This document shows, piece by piece, positions 10,769 through 20,297 of a stretch of DNA of 64,000 bases (position 1 is its first letter; each line of letters opens with the position of its first letter). The stretch lies in NCBI GenBank assembly GCA_046566385.1, contig JBKHWS010000006.1:2055-66054 (forward strand), read 5' to 3'. This DNA comes from Bacteriovoracia bacterium (GTDB lineage: Bacteria > Bdellovibrionota > Bacteriovoracia > Bacteriovoracales > Bacteriovoracaceae). The notes under the pieces are model-generated. The model searched no databases. It was not told where the DNA came from and saw nothing but the letters and a program-made list of their open reading frames with translations. Made by a program: the position numbers and the translations under genes.

Positions 10769-12625
10769 TTAATCAATTTTGTCAGAGGCGGGGATACGGT
10801 CAGATTCCAGTTCCTGCATCTGAGTCAGGATTTCTTTTCTATCACTCAGATAGCGCACATGCTTTAACGCTGATTCAAAGTAATTTTTGGCACGCTCATA
10901 ATTCTTCAGTTCTTTATGAATGATAGCCAGATGCTTCAGGATTTCGATGTCATCAGGGACCTTTTTAAAAGCTGTTTCAAGTTCTTGCAACGCTTTCTTC
11001 ATTTCACCCTTTTTAAAATAATACCAGCCAAGGGAATCTCTGATGTAGCCATCGTCGGGGCTTATTTTCAGGGCCGTCTGAATGTACTCAAAGGCCTTAT
11101 CCATATGCTCCCCCCTGACCAGGAGGGAGTACCCCAGGAAATTCCAGGCATGAGCATTTTTAGGTTCTTTTTCCAGGATGCTCATAACAAGAGCAGTGGA
11201 CTCTTCATATTTTTTCTCTCTCTCATAGAGATTGGCGAGATAGTATTTATGTTGGGTCGAGAAGCTTTTCTCATCCTGAACAACCATCATTGTTTCCATC
11301 GCCTGCTTATACTGTCCTGTTCCTTCATAAAAGCCGGACTTAATGACGCTGAATTCAACTCTCATATCCTTAAACTCTTCAATCTTGGCATTCACGAATT
11401 TAAGAAACTTCGTTTTCCACTCACTACTTTCTTCATTGTGATGCTCGGACTGGGCCAGGGTGGAGAGCATGTTGGCCATCTGAACAGAGCTGTCAGTATA
11501 AAGACCACTGGAAGATGGAATCTGGTTAAAGTACTCAATCGATTCCTGATACTCACTCATTTCCTGATGAATGGCACCGAGGTAATAAAGGATCTTATCT
11601 GAACCCGGAGCCGCAGTGAGAAGGTCTTTGAAGACTGAAATGGCCTCAGGATATTTCCGGGCATCGGTATAAAGAATTCCCAGTTTCACCTTGAGATTCA
11701 GGTTATCCGGTTCAAGATCACTTAATCTTTCCGCATAAGGTATTACTTCTGCAAATCTCTCCTTTAAGAAGAGAACCTGCACCAGGCGGTTTAAGATCGC
11801 TGCATCGTTGGGTTGATCTTTAAGATACTTCTCATAAATCTGGATTGCGGCTTGATGCTTTTCTCTTTCTTCCAGCAAAATTCCAAGGGCACTGACGGCC
11901 TGACCCAGATCCGGCTGTCTTTTATAAGCTGTTTTGAAAGAATCCATGGCCTTTGGAACCTGTCCCATGTCGAGATAGATTTTTCCAATGTAGTAGTCGT
12001 ACATTCCATTATTTTTATTTTTAGCAGCGCAGGCCTTTAATTGCTTAATCGCCTTTTGCGTTTCCTTTCCCACTGCCAAAGATTTTCCCAGAAAGATACA
12101 GGCGTCTTCATTTCTTGGATTTTTTGCCAGAATGGCCCGGTAAATTTCCCTGGATTTTTTTTCCTTATCCAGACTGGCATACACACCTGCCAGGATAAGA
12201 CCGACTTTTTCATCTTTTTTTGACGTGTAAAGTTTTTGAAGAACTCCCTCCGCCACTTCAAAATTACCTTCACGAATAAGAGTGATGGCGTATTTTTTCT
12301 GAACAAACTCATCATTGGGAACCAGCTCCACCAGATGCTTAAATAAAACTGAGGCAGTAGCATAGTCTCCTTCCAGAAGAGACATGTTTCCTTTCAAGAA
12401 GAGGTCTGTTGCTAAATAATTTAAAGAAGATTCGTTTGTTTTCGCCTGAAGCACCATCTCTTCCAGGCGTTTGGAAGCAATCACCAGTGCTTCTCTATTT
12501 AATTGTTCAATTTGTTCCGGGGTAAAATCACTTAATTCCGGTTTTTTAGGAGGAACTTTATGGGCACACCCTGTGAGGAATATTCCAATGAGAAGGGCCG
12601 GGATTAGAAAAAAAGCTGATTTCAT
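10769..12625 (-). CDS. TPR-repeat lipoprotein (LbcA/PA4667-like)
   Basis: Lipobox FLTGC after ATG 12625; many TPRs; C-terminal NFLGYSL...PDDGYIRDSLGW motif. Confidence 0.85.
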   Translation of the reverse strand: MKSAFFLIPALLIGIFLTGCAHKVPPKKPELSDFTPEQIEQLNREALVIASKRLEEMVLQAKTNESSLNYLATDLFLKGNMSLLEGDYATASVLFKHLVELVPNDEFVQKKYAITLIREGNFEVAEGVLQKLYTSKKDEKVGLILAGVYASLDKEKKSREIYRAILAKNPRNEDACIFLGKSLAVGKETQKAIKQLKACAAKNKNNGMYDYYIGKIYLDMGQVPKAMDSFKTAYKRQPDLGQAVSALGILLEEREKHQAAIQIYEKYLKDQPNDAAILNRLVQVLFLKERFAEVIPYAERLSDLEPDNLNLKVKLGILYTDARKYPEAISVFKDLLTAAPGSDKILYYLGAIHQEMSEYQESIEYFNQIPSSSGLYTDSSVQMANMLSTLAQSEHHNEESSEWKTKFLKFVNAKIEEFKDMRVEFSVIKSGFYEGTGQYKQAMETMMVVQDEKSFSTQHKYYLANLYEREKKYEESTALVMSILEKEPKNAHAWNFLGYSLLVRGEHMDKAFEYIQTALKISPDDGYIRDSLGWYYFKKGEMKKALQELETAFKKVPDDIEILKHLAIIHKELKNYERAKNYFESALKHVRYLSDRKEILTQMQELESDRIPASDKID

Positions 12626-12679
12626 ATACGTCCTGAGCTTATTCAGAGAGGTCACTCATTCGACCCCTCTCTTTTTCTT

Positions 12680-12707
12680 TTATCGGCGGCCCGAGACGGC
12701 TTTCTTA
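12680..12707 (-). promoter_or_regulatory. Possible sigma-28 (FliA) promoter for the TPR gene
   Basis: Minus strand TAAG-N16-GCCGATAA; perfect -10, but the spacer is one base longer than the enteric consensus. Confidence 0.35.
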
Positions 12708-12859
12708 GAAATAGAATTTTTTAACGCATTTCAGAACACGACCCCATTTTGCAGCCTCAAGTGCTTGAAATAAAATGAGTAACCTTTACATGATTAGGAA
12801 ATTTTTACCTCCTCCAAGCATTTTTTTTTCATCTTAAGGATTTTTTATGACCATCTGGG

Positions 12860-12888
12860 TTGACAGCAAAACTCGGGATTAGTAAAAC
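12860..12888 (+). promoter_or_regulatory. Sigma-70-type promoter upstream of the phaR-like gene
   Basis: TTGACA-N17-TAAAAC. Confidence 0.6.
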
Positions 12889-13024
12889 CCAACTCGTCTT
12901 GAAGGCGATAGTGCGCAAAAACATATTATTTTGAGTGCGCTGTTTCCTTCACTAAAGAAAAACTATTAACACAGTACCTTTAAAACGAGTTTAAAAGGGT
13001 ATAACCACAAATTAGGGGAACAAC

Positions 13025-13417
13025 ATGAAAGACGTACGTATCATCAAGCGTTACCAGAACCGCAAGCTCTACGACACTTTCCAAAGCTGCTACGTGACTC
13101 TCGAAGAGATCGCCCAGATCATCCGTGAAGGACACGAGATCCAGGTTATCGACAACAAGTCTAAGAACGACATCACTTATATTACTCAAATCCAGCTTCT
13201 TTTCGATCAAGAGCGTAAATCACTTAAGCCAGGAAACACTGAGCTTCTTAAGAGAGTTATCCGTTCTGAAGAAGGAACTCTTACTGGTTACATCGGTGCT
13301 CTTGAAAGCAAGCTAAACCTTACTTTCGATATGCCAGCTACTCCGGTTACTCCGGAAATGCCTGCTTTCGTAACTGGAATGAACTCTACTATGGAAAATC
13401 CAGCTACTTTGAACTAA
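13025..13417 (+). CDS. phaR: PhaR-like (PHA synthesis regulator) DNA-binding domain protein
   Basis: IIKRYQNRKLYDTFQSCYVTLEEI...VIDNKSKNDIT. Confidence 0.85.
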   Translation: MKDVRIIKRYQNRKLYDTFQSCYVTLEEIAQIIREGHEIQVIDNKSKNDITYITQIQLLFDQERKSLKPGNTELLKRVIRSEEGTLTGYIGALESKLNLTFDMPATPVTPEMPAFVTGMNSTMENPATLN

Positions 13418-13427
13418 TCTTTAGTTC

Positions 13428-14138
13428 ATGAGCAAAACAAAATTCAGCATTATACTCATGGCCTTCGTGGCCATGAGTTTTTTTACCCCCTCCCTTTCAT
13501 TCGCCCAAAAAGCATTTTCCCCCAAGATTAAAACTCCCGAGACTTCAAAAGAATTGAAGAACAAGGAAGAGAAGTCTCAAGACGTGGAAGAAGTTGAAGA
13601 AAAAGAGCCAGCTCCTGCCACCAGTGGTTCAGCTGCTCCCAGAAAACTTCAACAGCATGGTCTTGGACTAGGTCTTGGCCAGACATTCCTTCTTGGAAAT
13701 TATGGCAAACACGGCAATGATAAAATTACCCTCGATTTCCTTTATAGCTATGCTGCCAGCTACTCCTTTGATCTCCTGGTGAATGCCCATATTTCTGAGC
13801 ATAAAGATGAAAGCGAAAGAATGAGAGTTATGGGACTTTCTACGTCTATTAAAGGGCGCTTTGTTGAGTTTGATAACCTTTCTCCATACTTCCTTGGAGG
13901 ACTTGGTTTTTACGCGCCTAAAGCTAAAAGACGCATTAATAACACAACAAAATGGTCTGAGCAGAAAGTAACCTTTGGTTTAAATTTTGGTGGCGGCGTT
14001 GATCTTCGTTTAAATGACGATTATGTTGTTGGAGTCCTGGGACAAATGCACTGGCCGTTCAGAGTTGAACAGGAGGGTCAGTCTGATCTCAAAGGCTATT
14101 ACATGAAACTTCTTATCACAGGAATGTATCTTTTCTGA
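13428..14138 (+). CDS. Outer-membrane beta-barrel protein (OmpA/OmpW-like 8-strand type)
   Basis: Signal peptide, amphipathic strands, SPYFLGGLG, FGGGVDLRL, C-terminal Phe (GMYLF). Confidence 0.75.
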   Translation: MSKTKFSIILMAFVAMSFFTPSLSFAQKAFSPKIKTPETSKELKNKEEKSQDVEEVEEKEPAPATSGSAAPRKLQQHGLGLGLGQTFLLGNYGKHGNDKITLDFLYSYAASYSFDLLVNAHISEHKDESERMRVMGLSTSIKGRFVEFDNLSPYFLGGLGFYAPKAKRRINNTTKWSEQKVTFGLNFGGGVDLRLNDDYVVGVLGQMHWPFRVEQEGQSDLKGYYMKLLITGMYLF

Positions 14139-14956
14139 TGGATTCGAAACCACATCGCCTTTACATTTTTACCGGCAAAGGCGGTGTGGGAAAAACCACT
14201 CTGAGTAAGGCCTTTGTCCGCTATCTGATCGAACATGATCATGAAGCCGTCTATCTTACTTTCCAAAATTCGGCCCTTGGAGAAAATCACTCGGGCACCT
14301 CTGAAAAAACAGTAAATGGCATTAAAGAAATTGCTCTGGACATTGAAGAGTCGGCCAAAGGTTATGTTGAGAAAAAACTTAGTTCAAAGTTCATTGCATC
14401 ATGGATTGTTAAGACTCCTTTTTTTCGTGCGCTCATCAATATGGTTCCGGGATTTTCCTATCTCATTTTTCTGGGAAAAATCCTGGAGATGGGAAAAGTA
14501 AATCCAAGGCTGATTGTTGTTCTGGATGCACCGGCTTCAGGCCATGCTTTAACCATGGTGGAATCAACTACAAACTTTCAGCAAATTTTTGAGAGCGGAA
14601 TCATTTTTGAGGATACCGCTAAGATGCTCTCCCGACTGAATGATCCGGAATACACAAAGATTCACGTGGTGAGCCTTCCCAGCCTGATGTCGTGGCAGGA
14701 AGCAACTGAACTTAAAACCTCACTCAAAGAAAGAACTCCTGTTGCTGTTGAAATTACCGTCAATAACTGTCTCTACCCTCTCCTCGAAAATGAAACCCAG
14801 AGTCTCCCGGAAGGGATCCGCCAGAAAGTGCACAATGAGAAAGTTCTTGTGGAAGAACACTTAAGTGAGATGCGATGCATCCTGCCTCACTCATTAAATC
14901 AGGATGCGCTGTCCATCGAGTCGGATTTAGTTGGGTCTCTCTCCAAACTCATATAG
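14138..14956 (+). CDS. ArsA/Get3-family ATPase, subunit A
   Basis: GKGGVGKTT, VLDAPASGH; single ATPase domain. Confidence 0.85.
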   Translation: MDSKPHRLYIFTGKGGVGKTTLSKAFVRYLIEHDHEAVYLTFQNSALGENHSGTSEKTVNGIKEIALDIEESAKGYVEKKLSSKFIASWIVKTPFFRALINMVPGFSYLIFLGKILEMGKVNPRLIVVLDAPASGHALTMVESTTNFQQIFESGIIFEDTAKMLSRLNDPEYTKIHVVSLPSLMSWQEATELKTSLKERTPVAVEITVNNCLYPLLENETQSLPEGIRQKVHNEKVLVEEHLSEMRCILPHSLNQDALSIESDLVGSLSKLI

Positions 14957-14983
14957 AATATTGGGAATTTTCAAAGGGCGAAT

Positions 14984-16030
14984 GTGGGAACTCTTAGAGC
15001 GAAATCATTTGAGATTTTCTGTGGAACAGGTGGTGTAGGAAAAACTACACTGGCCGCTGCCCGTGCTCTTAGCCTCGCAGAAAACGGTCACAAAGTACTT
15101 CTTGTGACTATTGATCCTGCCCGCCGATTGAAAGACCTTCTTGGTCTCACAGGAGAAGCGGTGGGTGAAGTGGTTCCGGTTGAAGTCACCGGCATTAAAC
15201 TTCATGCCCTTCTGATGTCTCCTGAGAAAACGATCCAAAGAATGGCCCAAAAATATCAGACCCCCGACCTTGCAAATAACAGAATCGTGCAGATCTTATC
15301 AAGGCCATACGGAGGGATGAATGAAATCCTTTCTATGGTTGAGGTACAAATGCAATTTGATACAGGCCAGTTCGATGTGGTGGTGCTCGACACTCCTCCC
15401 GGGGCCCATTTTCTGGACTTCCTTGAAAGCCTTGCAAAGATTCGCTCCTTCTTCGATCAGAACTTCGTAGAAATTTTCAGTTACCTTGGACAAAAAACCG
15501 CCAAGGCCGGGAAAAAAGTTTTTGGTGGATTCATCAATCGTTTCATCTCCAGCGGAGTGAGAAAACTCCTGGGTTATCTTCAGGCCGTTACCGGAGCCCA
15601 GTTCATTGATGACTTCATTCAGGCAATTCAGATCATCTACCAATCACGGGAAGCCTTCCTGAAAGGGCTTGCTCTCCAGGACAGATTAAAATCCAAAGAA
15701 GAGTGTAACTGGTTCCTGGTCACTTCGGTCGAACAGGGAAAAGCGCAGGAAGCTGTAGAAATTCGCTCTCATGCCACTCACTTCATTCATCAGGATCATT
15801 TTCTTGTCCTTAACAAATGTCTGGAGTCAGAGCTGGAGAAATGGTCACCAGAAAAACCTGAACTCCTGAAAATAAAAGATTCCCTTGAAAGCAAAGAAAG
15901 AAAGCTTAAAGATCAGCTGCGGGATCTGTTTCCCGTTGTTCTGGAATTTCCGGAAATCATCAGCCTTTCTCCCATCGATCACATTCAACAACTAACCGGT
16001 AAATGGAAAACATATGTCTCTCAAAGTTAA
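14984..16030 (+). CDS. ArsA/Get3-family ATPase, subunit B
   Basis: CGTGGVGKTT, VTIDPARRL, VLDTPP, VLNK. Confidence 0.88.
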   Translation: MGTLRAKSFEIFCGTGGVGKTTLAAARALSLAENGHKVLLVTIDPARRLKDLLGLTGEAVGEVVPVEVTGIKLHALLMSPEKTIQRMAQKYQTPDLANNRIVQILSRPYGGMNEILSMVEVQMQFDTGQFDVVVLDTPPGAHFLDFLESLAKIRSFFDQNFVEIFSYLGQKTAKAGKKVFGGFINRFISSGVRKLLGYLQAVTGAQFIDDFIQAIQIIYQSREAFLKGLALQDRLKSKEECNWFLVTSVEQGKAQEAVEIRSHATHFIHQDHFLVLNKCLESELEKWSPEKPELLKIKDSLESKERKLKDQLRDLFPVVLEFPEIISLSPIDHIQQLTGKWKTYVSQS

Positions 16031-17255
16031 CAGTAAGCAGGAACTTGAACTTTTCCTCTGTCATAATCTTAACGAAGTTCATGAGTGGATAGATGAAGAG
16101 CAAAAGAAACTTCCACAGCCGCTTACTTCCAGCGTGGACATAAGAGAAAGTACAACTAAGTATGCTCCGGTGGATCACAACATGTATCCGGCGGGATTTA
16201 ATAATCTTTGCTCCAAAGATCTTCTAAGTTGTGCGGATCATTTCAGACAAGGGTTTAACAAGATAAAGCCTGGCCTTAAGAAAGTCGGACTTCTTCCGGA
16301 ATCACACACAAAGAATAAGTTTTATCTTGATCATCTTTTTAAACTTAAAAACACCATGGAAATGGCCGACATTGAAGTGGTCCTTTTTTCCATTGATGAC
16401 AGTTTGTTTTCTGAAACCGACAAGAACGTCATTGAGCTTCAGTCATTTTCAGAACACCAGATTGTGATCCATAAGGCCCAGGTGCAGGATGGCCAGTTCA
16501 TTTCCTGCGATCCTTCGATCAAGTTTGATTTTGAAGCCATTCTTCTTAACAATGACCAGTCTGTTCCTCTTGCAATTGACTGGAAAACAATCAGAACTCC
16601 CGTGCTTCCTTCTCCCTATGTCGGATGGTTCAGAAGGCAGAAGATTCTCCATTTCAAACATTACCGTGATACCGCCAACAGGTTTTGTGAGAAGTTCAGC
16701 ATTGATCCTGATCTGGTTCAGGCCCGCTTCACTTCTGTTGACCATGTGGATTTCAACACTAAAGAAGGGTTGGACAAGATAGCCAATGAAGTCGACAACC
16801 TTTTAAAGACTCTTCCGGAAGGCTCCTTTGCTTTCGTGAAGGCTTCCCAGGGAACATATGGGATGGGTATTTCTGTTGTTACCAAGGGAGAAGAGATTGT
16901 TTCCATGAACAGAAAAATCCGCAACAAGATGGATATAGGAAAAGGAAACCTGAAGTTCACTTCTGTCCTGATACAGGAAGGAGTGGAAACGATGATTAAA
17001 TATGACGATGCTCCTGCAGAGGTAACCATTTACCTCGTTGATGGGAACAGCTCGGGAGGGTTCATGAGAACGAATCCTCTTAGAACGACTCAGGGAAATC
17101 TCAATGCCCAGGGTATGGTTTACAGAAAACTTTGCCTTGCCGACGTAAAACAAGATTGTGATCACACTATTAAGGAAGCTGTCTATTCAGTCATAGCCCG
17201 TCTGTCAGTTCTGGCAGCCTCCTATGAAATGAAAGAGCTTATGGAGATAAAATGA
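16014..17255 (+). CDS. gshA: Glutamate--cysteine ligase (ATP-grasp-type GshA)
   Basis: SSVDIRES..KYAPVDHNMYPAGFNNL, PESHTKNKFY, LLNND, KASQGTYGMG, IQEGV, NLNAQG. Confidence 0.88.
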   Translation: MSLKVNSKQELELFLCHNLNEVHEWIDEEQKKLPQPLTSSVDIRESTTKYAPVDHNMYPAGFNNLCSKDLLSCADHFRQGFNKIKPGLKKVGLLPESHTKNKFYLDHLFKLKNTMEMADIEVVLFSIDDSLFSETDKNVIELQSFSEHQIVIHKAQVQDGQFISCDPSIKFDFEAILLNNDQSVPLAIDWKTIRTPVLPSPYVGWFRRQKILHFKHYRDTANRFCEKFSIDPDLVQARFTSVDHVDFNTKEGLDKIANEVDNLLKTLPEGSFAFVKASQGTYGMGISVVTKGEEIVSMNRKIRNKMDIGKGNLKFTSVLIQEGVETMIKYDDAPAEVTIYLVDGNSSGGFMRTNPLRTTQGNLNAQGMVYRKLCLADVKQDCDHTIKEAVYSVIARLSVLAASYEMKELMEIK

Positions 17256-18403
17256 AAGAAATGAAATTTGAAACTAAAGTCATCCACGTTGGTGGAGAAC
17301 CAGACCCGGTAACCGGCGCCATTATGCCGCCGATTTTTCAGACGTCCACATATGTTCAATCTTCTCCCGGAGAACACAAGGGCTACGAATACACCCGTTC
17401 TCATAACCCTACCAGGACAAGACTTCAGGAGTGCCTGGCGTCTCTTGAAAATGCTAAACATTGTTTCGTAACGGCCAGTGGTTTGTCGGCTTCAACATTG
17501 ATCATGCACATGCTTCCGAAAGGATCAAAAATTATTTGTGGTGATGATGTCTATGGAGGAACTTACAGGCTCTTTTCAAAAGTCTTCCAGGATATCCATC
17601 AGTTTAAATTTGTGGACACGACTGATCTTAAGACCCTTGAAAAGGAAATGACAGAATGGAAGCCAGCACTCGTATGGCTTGAGACACCGACCAATCCTCT
17701 GCTTAAAATCTCTGATATTGCAGCCGTTTCGGCCCTGGCCAAAAAAGCCGGTGCTCTTACTGTGGTTGATAACACTTTCATGAGTCCTTTCTTTCAGAAT
17801 CCTCTGGATCAAGGTGCTGATATCGTTCTCCACTCCATGACCAAGTTCATCAATGGTCACTCTGATGTCGTTGGTGGTGCCCTCATGTTCAACTCGGATG
17901 AAATCAAGGATAAAATTTTCTTTTACCAAAACGCCATTGGCCCAAGTCAGTCACCCTTTGATTCCTGGCTTGTCCTTCGCGGACTTAAAACTCTTGCCGT
18001 TCGCATGAAGGCCCATGAGCAAAACGCCCTGAAAATTGCGGCTTTCCTGGAAAAGCATCCGAAAGTGGAAAAAGTCATTTATCCGGGGCTTGAATCTCAT
18101 GAGCAACATGGTCTCGCTAAAAAGCAAATGAAAGGCTTTGGTGGCATGATTACTTTCTTTCTCAAGGGTGGAATTAGTGAATCCCGGAAGTTCCTGGAGA
18201 ACGTTAAGCTCTTTGCTCTGGCTGAAAGTTTGGGTGGAGTTGAAAGTCTCGTTGATCATCCTGCCATCATGACCCATGCTTCTATCCCGAAAGAAGTCAG
18301 AGAAGGACTAGGAATCTACGATAATCTGATTCGCCTCTCAGTTGGAATTGAAGACATTGATGACCTCATCAGAGACCTTGAGTTCGCTTTCTCTAAGGCC
18401 TAA
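17252..18403 (+). CDS. Cystathionine gamma-lyase/synthase (PLP-dependent)
   Basis: YEYTRSHNPT, ETPTNP, VVDNTF, HSMTKFINGHSDV (PLP Lys), AESLGGVESL, IRLSVGIE. Confidence 0.95.
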   Translation: MKEMKFETKVIHVGGEPDPVTGAIMPPIFQTSTYVQSSPGEHKGYEYTRSHNPTRTRLQECLASLENAKHCFVTASGLSASTLIMHMLPKGSKIICGDDVYGGTYRLFSKVFQDIHQFKFVDTTDLKTLEKEMTEWKPALVWLETPTNPLLKISDIAAVSALAKKAGALTVVDNTFMSPFFQNPLDQGADIVLHSMTKFINGHSDVVGGALMFNSDEIKDKIFFYQNAIGPSQSPFDSWLVLRGLKTLAVRMKAHEQNALKIAAFLEKHPKVEKVIYPGLESHEQHGLAKKQMKGFGGMITFFLKGGISESRKFLENVKLFALAESLGGVESLVDHPAIMTHASIPKEVREGLGIYDNLIRLSVGIEDIDDLIRDLEFAFSKA

Positions 18404-19035
18404 AACGTACTGACAGAAACATCAGGAGCGGAGGTTGTCTTCGCTTCCTGATTTTCTTTTTTTGACTCTATCTGTTCTTTAGGAATGATCGGGGCCGGAA
18501 TCTCTTTTGGCTTCTCTATAAAGATATCCGGGACATCTGTGTAACGACTGAAAACGATTGAATCATTCAGATATCTTTTTAAGAGAAGGTATGAACAATA
18601 GGTTTTACCGTGATTGGAAGAAAGATTATCTCTATCACCCTCTGCGAAAATCAGTCCTTCATCCTGAATAACATCCATCAAATCAAAGTATTGAGAACAG
18701 AAATCTGAAGTATCTTTGGTTTTATCGACGTGAATACACTCAGCTTCTTTTTTTGCGACATCCACGCCGGTGGCCGAAGTGACTTTAATATGAACCGGTT
18801 CACGGCAAACATCCACAAACCATTCTTTTGGAAAGTACTTCTTGTGCTTTATGTGAATAATGCAGTCTTTTTTATCGATAATAAATTCCTGTTTCAAAAG
18901 GCCGAACAAAGGTCCTTTCTGAAGCATTTTCATCTTGTAAGTGGCATCAAGACAACTCTTTGAGCTGAATCGCGTCTGAGCATGAGCTGATGAAAGTACA
19001 AACAAAAGTACGAAACTAAACTTTATGAATACCAT
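18400..19035 (-). CDS. Secreted hypothetical protein with several Cys
   Basis: Signal peptide (AHA|Q); six Cys; overlaps the stop of the upstream gene. Confidence 0.7.
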   Translation of the reverse strand: MVFIKFSFVLLFVLSSAHAQTRFSSKSCLDATYKMKMLQKGPLFGLLKQEFIIDKKDCIIHIKHKKYFPKEWFVDVCREPVHIKVTSATGVDVAKKEAECIHVDKTKDTSDFCSQYFDLMDVIQDEGLIFAEGDRDNLSSNHGKTYCSYLLLKRYLNDSIVFSRYTDVPDIFIEKPKEIPAPIIPKEQIESKKENQEAKTTSAPDVSVSTF

Positions 19036-20143
19036 GTCTATTAACCTCCATCATCACTACTGTAGCATCTTTTCCGGAAAACTCGTTCGTCACGTCCTCT
19101 TTCAATTGTATAAACAACTCTGAAAGAAATTCATGAGAGGATGTCCAATTCTGATTCTTCAGCTCTTTATATAAATCTTTTTGAGGATGTCCTGTCTTCC
19201 AATTAAAGAGGAATCCGGGAGAGAAAACAATTAATTTTTCTCCCTTCGCCAGAGAATAAGTCTTTTCTTTCTCCAGCCCAATGGTCCCATTCGCCTGACT
19301 ATAAAGCTCTGCTTTACTGTTGGAAAGTTGGGTCAACTGAAGTGTTACGAGGTCCATTTCCAGTAACAGAATGTCAAAGGCCGCTCGCTTCTTCCTGGCA
19401 CTATTTATGGTTTCAATCTCAGCATAGGCGTCGCGCATAAAAGCCTCAGGATTAAAATCCTTCTCCCGATGCTGTCCAAGGATCGAAAGCAATGCGCTGG
19501 AAATGAGATAAGAATCTGTTGAGAGAAGGATCTGATAAACCTTTGCGGGAGTCTGATGAAGATCATAGAACTCGACTCCTCCTCCATCCCCTGAAGTGTA
19601 CTTATTAGAGAAAATGACCCCTTTAATTTCCTCTTTCCTTCTTGGTACAAGATACTCATTAATCTTTTTTGCTTTCTTCATCTCAACTTCTGCGTCCCGC
19701 AGAACCTGATCCATCTCTACGCTCAGGCGGGCCAGATGCCTTTGAAGTTTTTTCTGATCTTCTATGAGATTCCAGAAGAATTGAAGCTGGTTGGACAACA
19801 TTGTCCAGTGAAGCTGGGGCATAGGAAGGGAATACTCTCCGATTATCTTTGAAAGGAAAGCACCCTCATTTTTAACCCACTCCTGGGCCTTCTCATTACT
19901 ATGATCATGAAAAAAAACTGCTCCCATAAAAGTATTGAGAACGGCCTTAAAGCTTTCCTGTTTTTCCGGATGATTAAGAAGAGTCTGGGTATCGACGAGC
20001 AAGAAGTCAGCTCTCCTCTTTAATTCCAGGGAGACAAAGGAGTTCATGTCCAGGACCTGGTTATTTTCAAAGAAGTCGAAGACTTCAAAACCTTTGTTTT
20101 TGAGCTCTTTGAGGAGGGAGCCCTGCTCGTCCAGAATGATCAT
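19016..20143 (-). CDS. Degenerate SpoIIE/RsbU-like PP2C-fold protein with coiled coil
   Basis: Coiled coil then AKKINEYLVP, GGGVEFYD, GEKLIVFSPG, KDATVVMMEV in PP2C order. Confidence 0.6.
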   Translation of the reverse strand: MIILDEQGSLLKELKNKGFEVFDFFENNQVLDMNSFVSLELKRRADFLLVDTQTLLNHPEKQESFKAVLNTFMGAVFFHDHSNEKAQEWVKNEGAFLSKIIGEYSLPMPQLHWTMLSNQLQFFWNLIEDQKKLQRHLARLSVEMDQVLRDAEVEMKKAKKINEYLVPRRKEEIKGVIFSNKYTSGDGGGVEFYDLHQTPAKVYQILLSTDSYLISSALLSILGQHREKDFNPEAFMRDAYAEIETINSARKKRAAFDILLLEMDLVTLQLTQLSNSKAELYSQANGTIGLEKEKTYSLAKGEKLIVFSPGFLFNWKTGHPQKDLYKELKNQNWTSSHEFLSELFIQLKEDVTNEFSGKDATVVMMEVNRHGIHKV

Positions 20144-20297
20144 GAAAGAACCTTTTTGCCGGGGTAAAAATTAATCCTTTCAGACACTTAACCCCATTTA
20201 TTCGATATTTCACATTTTACCGTTTATTTTTCCGCAAAACAACCGAAGAGAATTTATCAGGTGAAAGGTTTTTCACTGCTTTTTAGTTGGAAGAAGT

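Noticed and set aside
13025-13417. PHA biosynthesis cluster
   Set aside because: Only the PhaR-like DNA-binding gene is present; no phaC, phaA, phaB or phasin in the window.
14138-16030. Arsenite-resistance ArsA pump
   Set aside because: Single-domain pair, no arsB/arsC/arsD/arsR, and no evident metalloid-binding Cys cluster.
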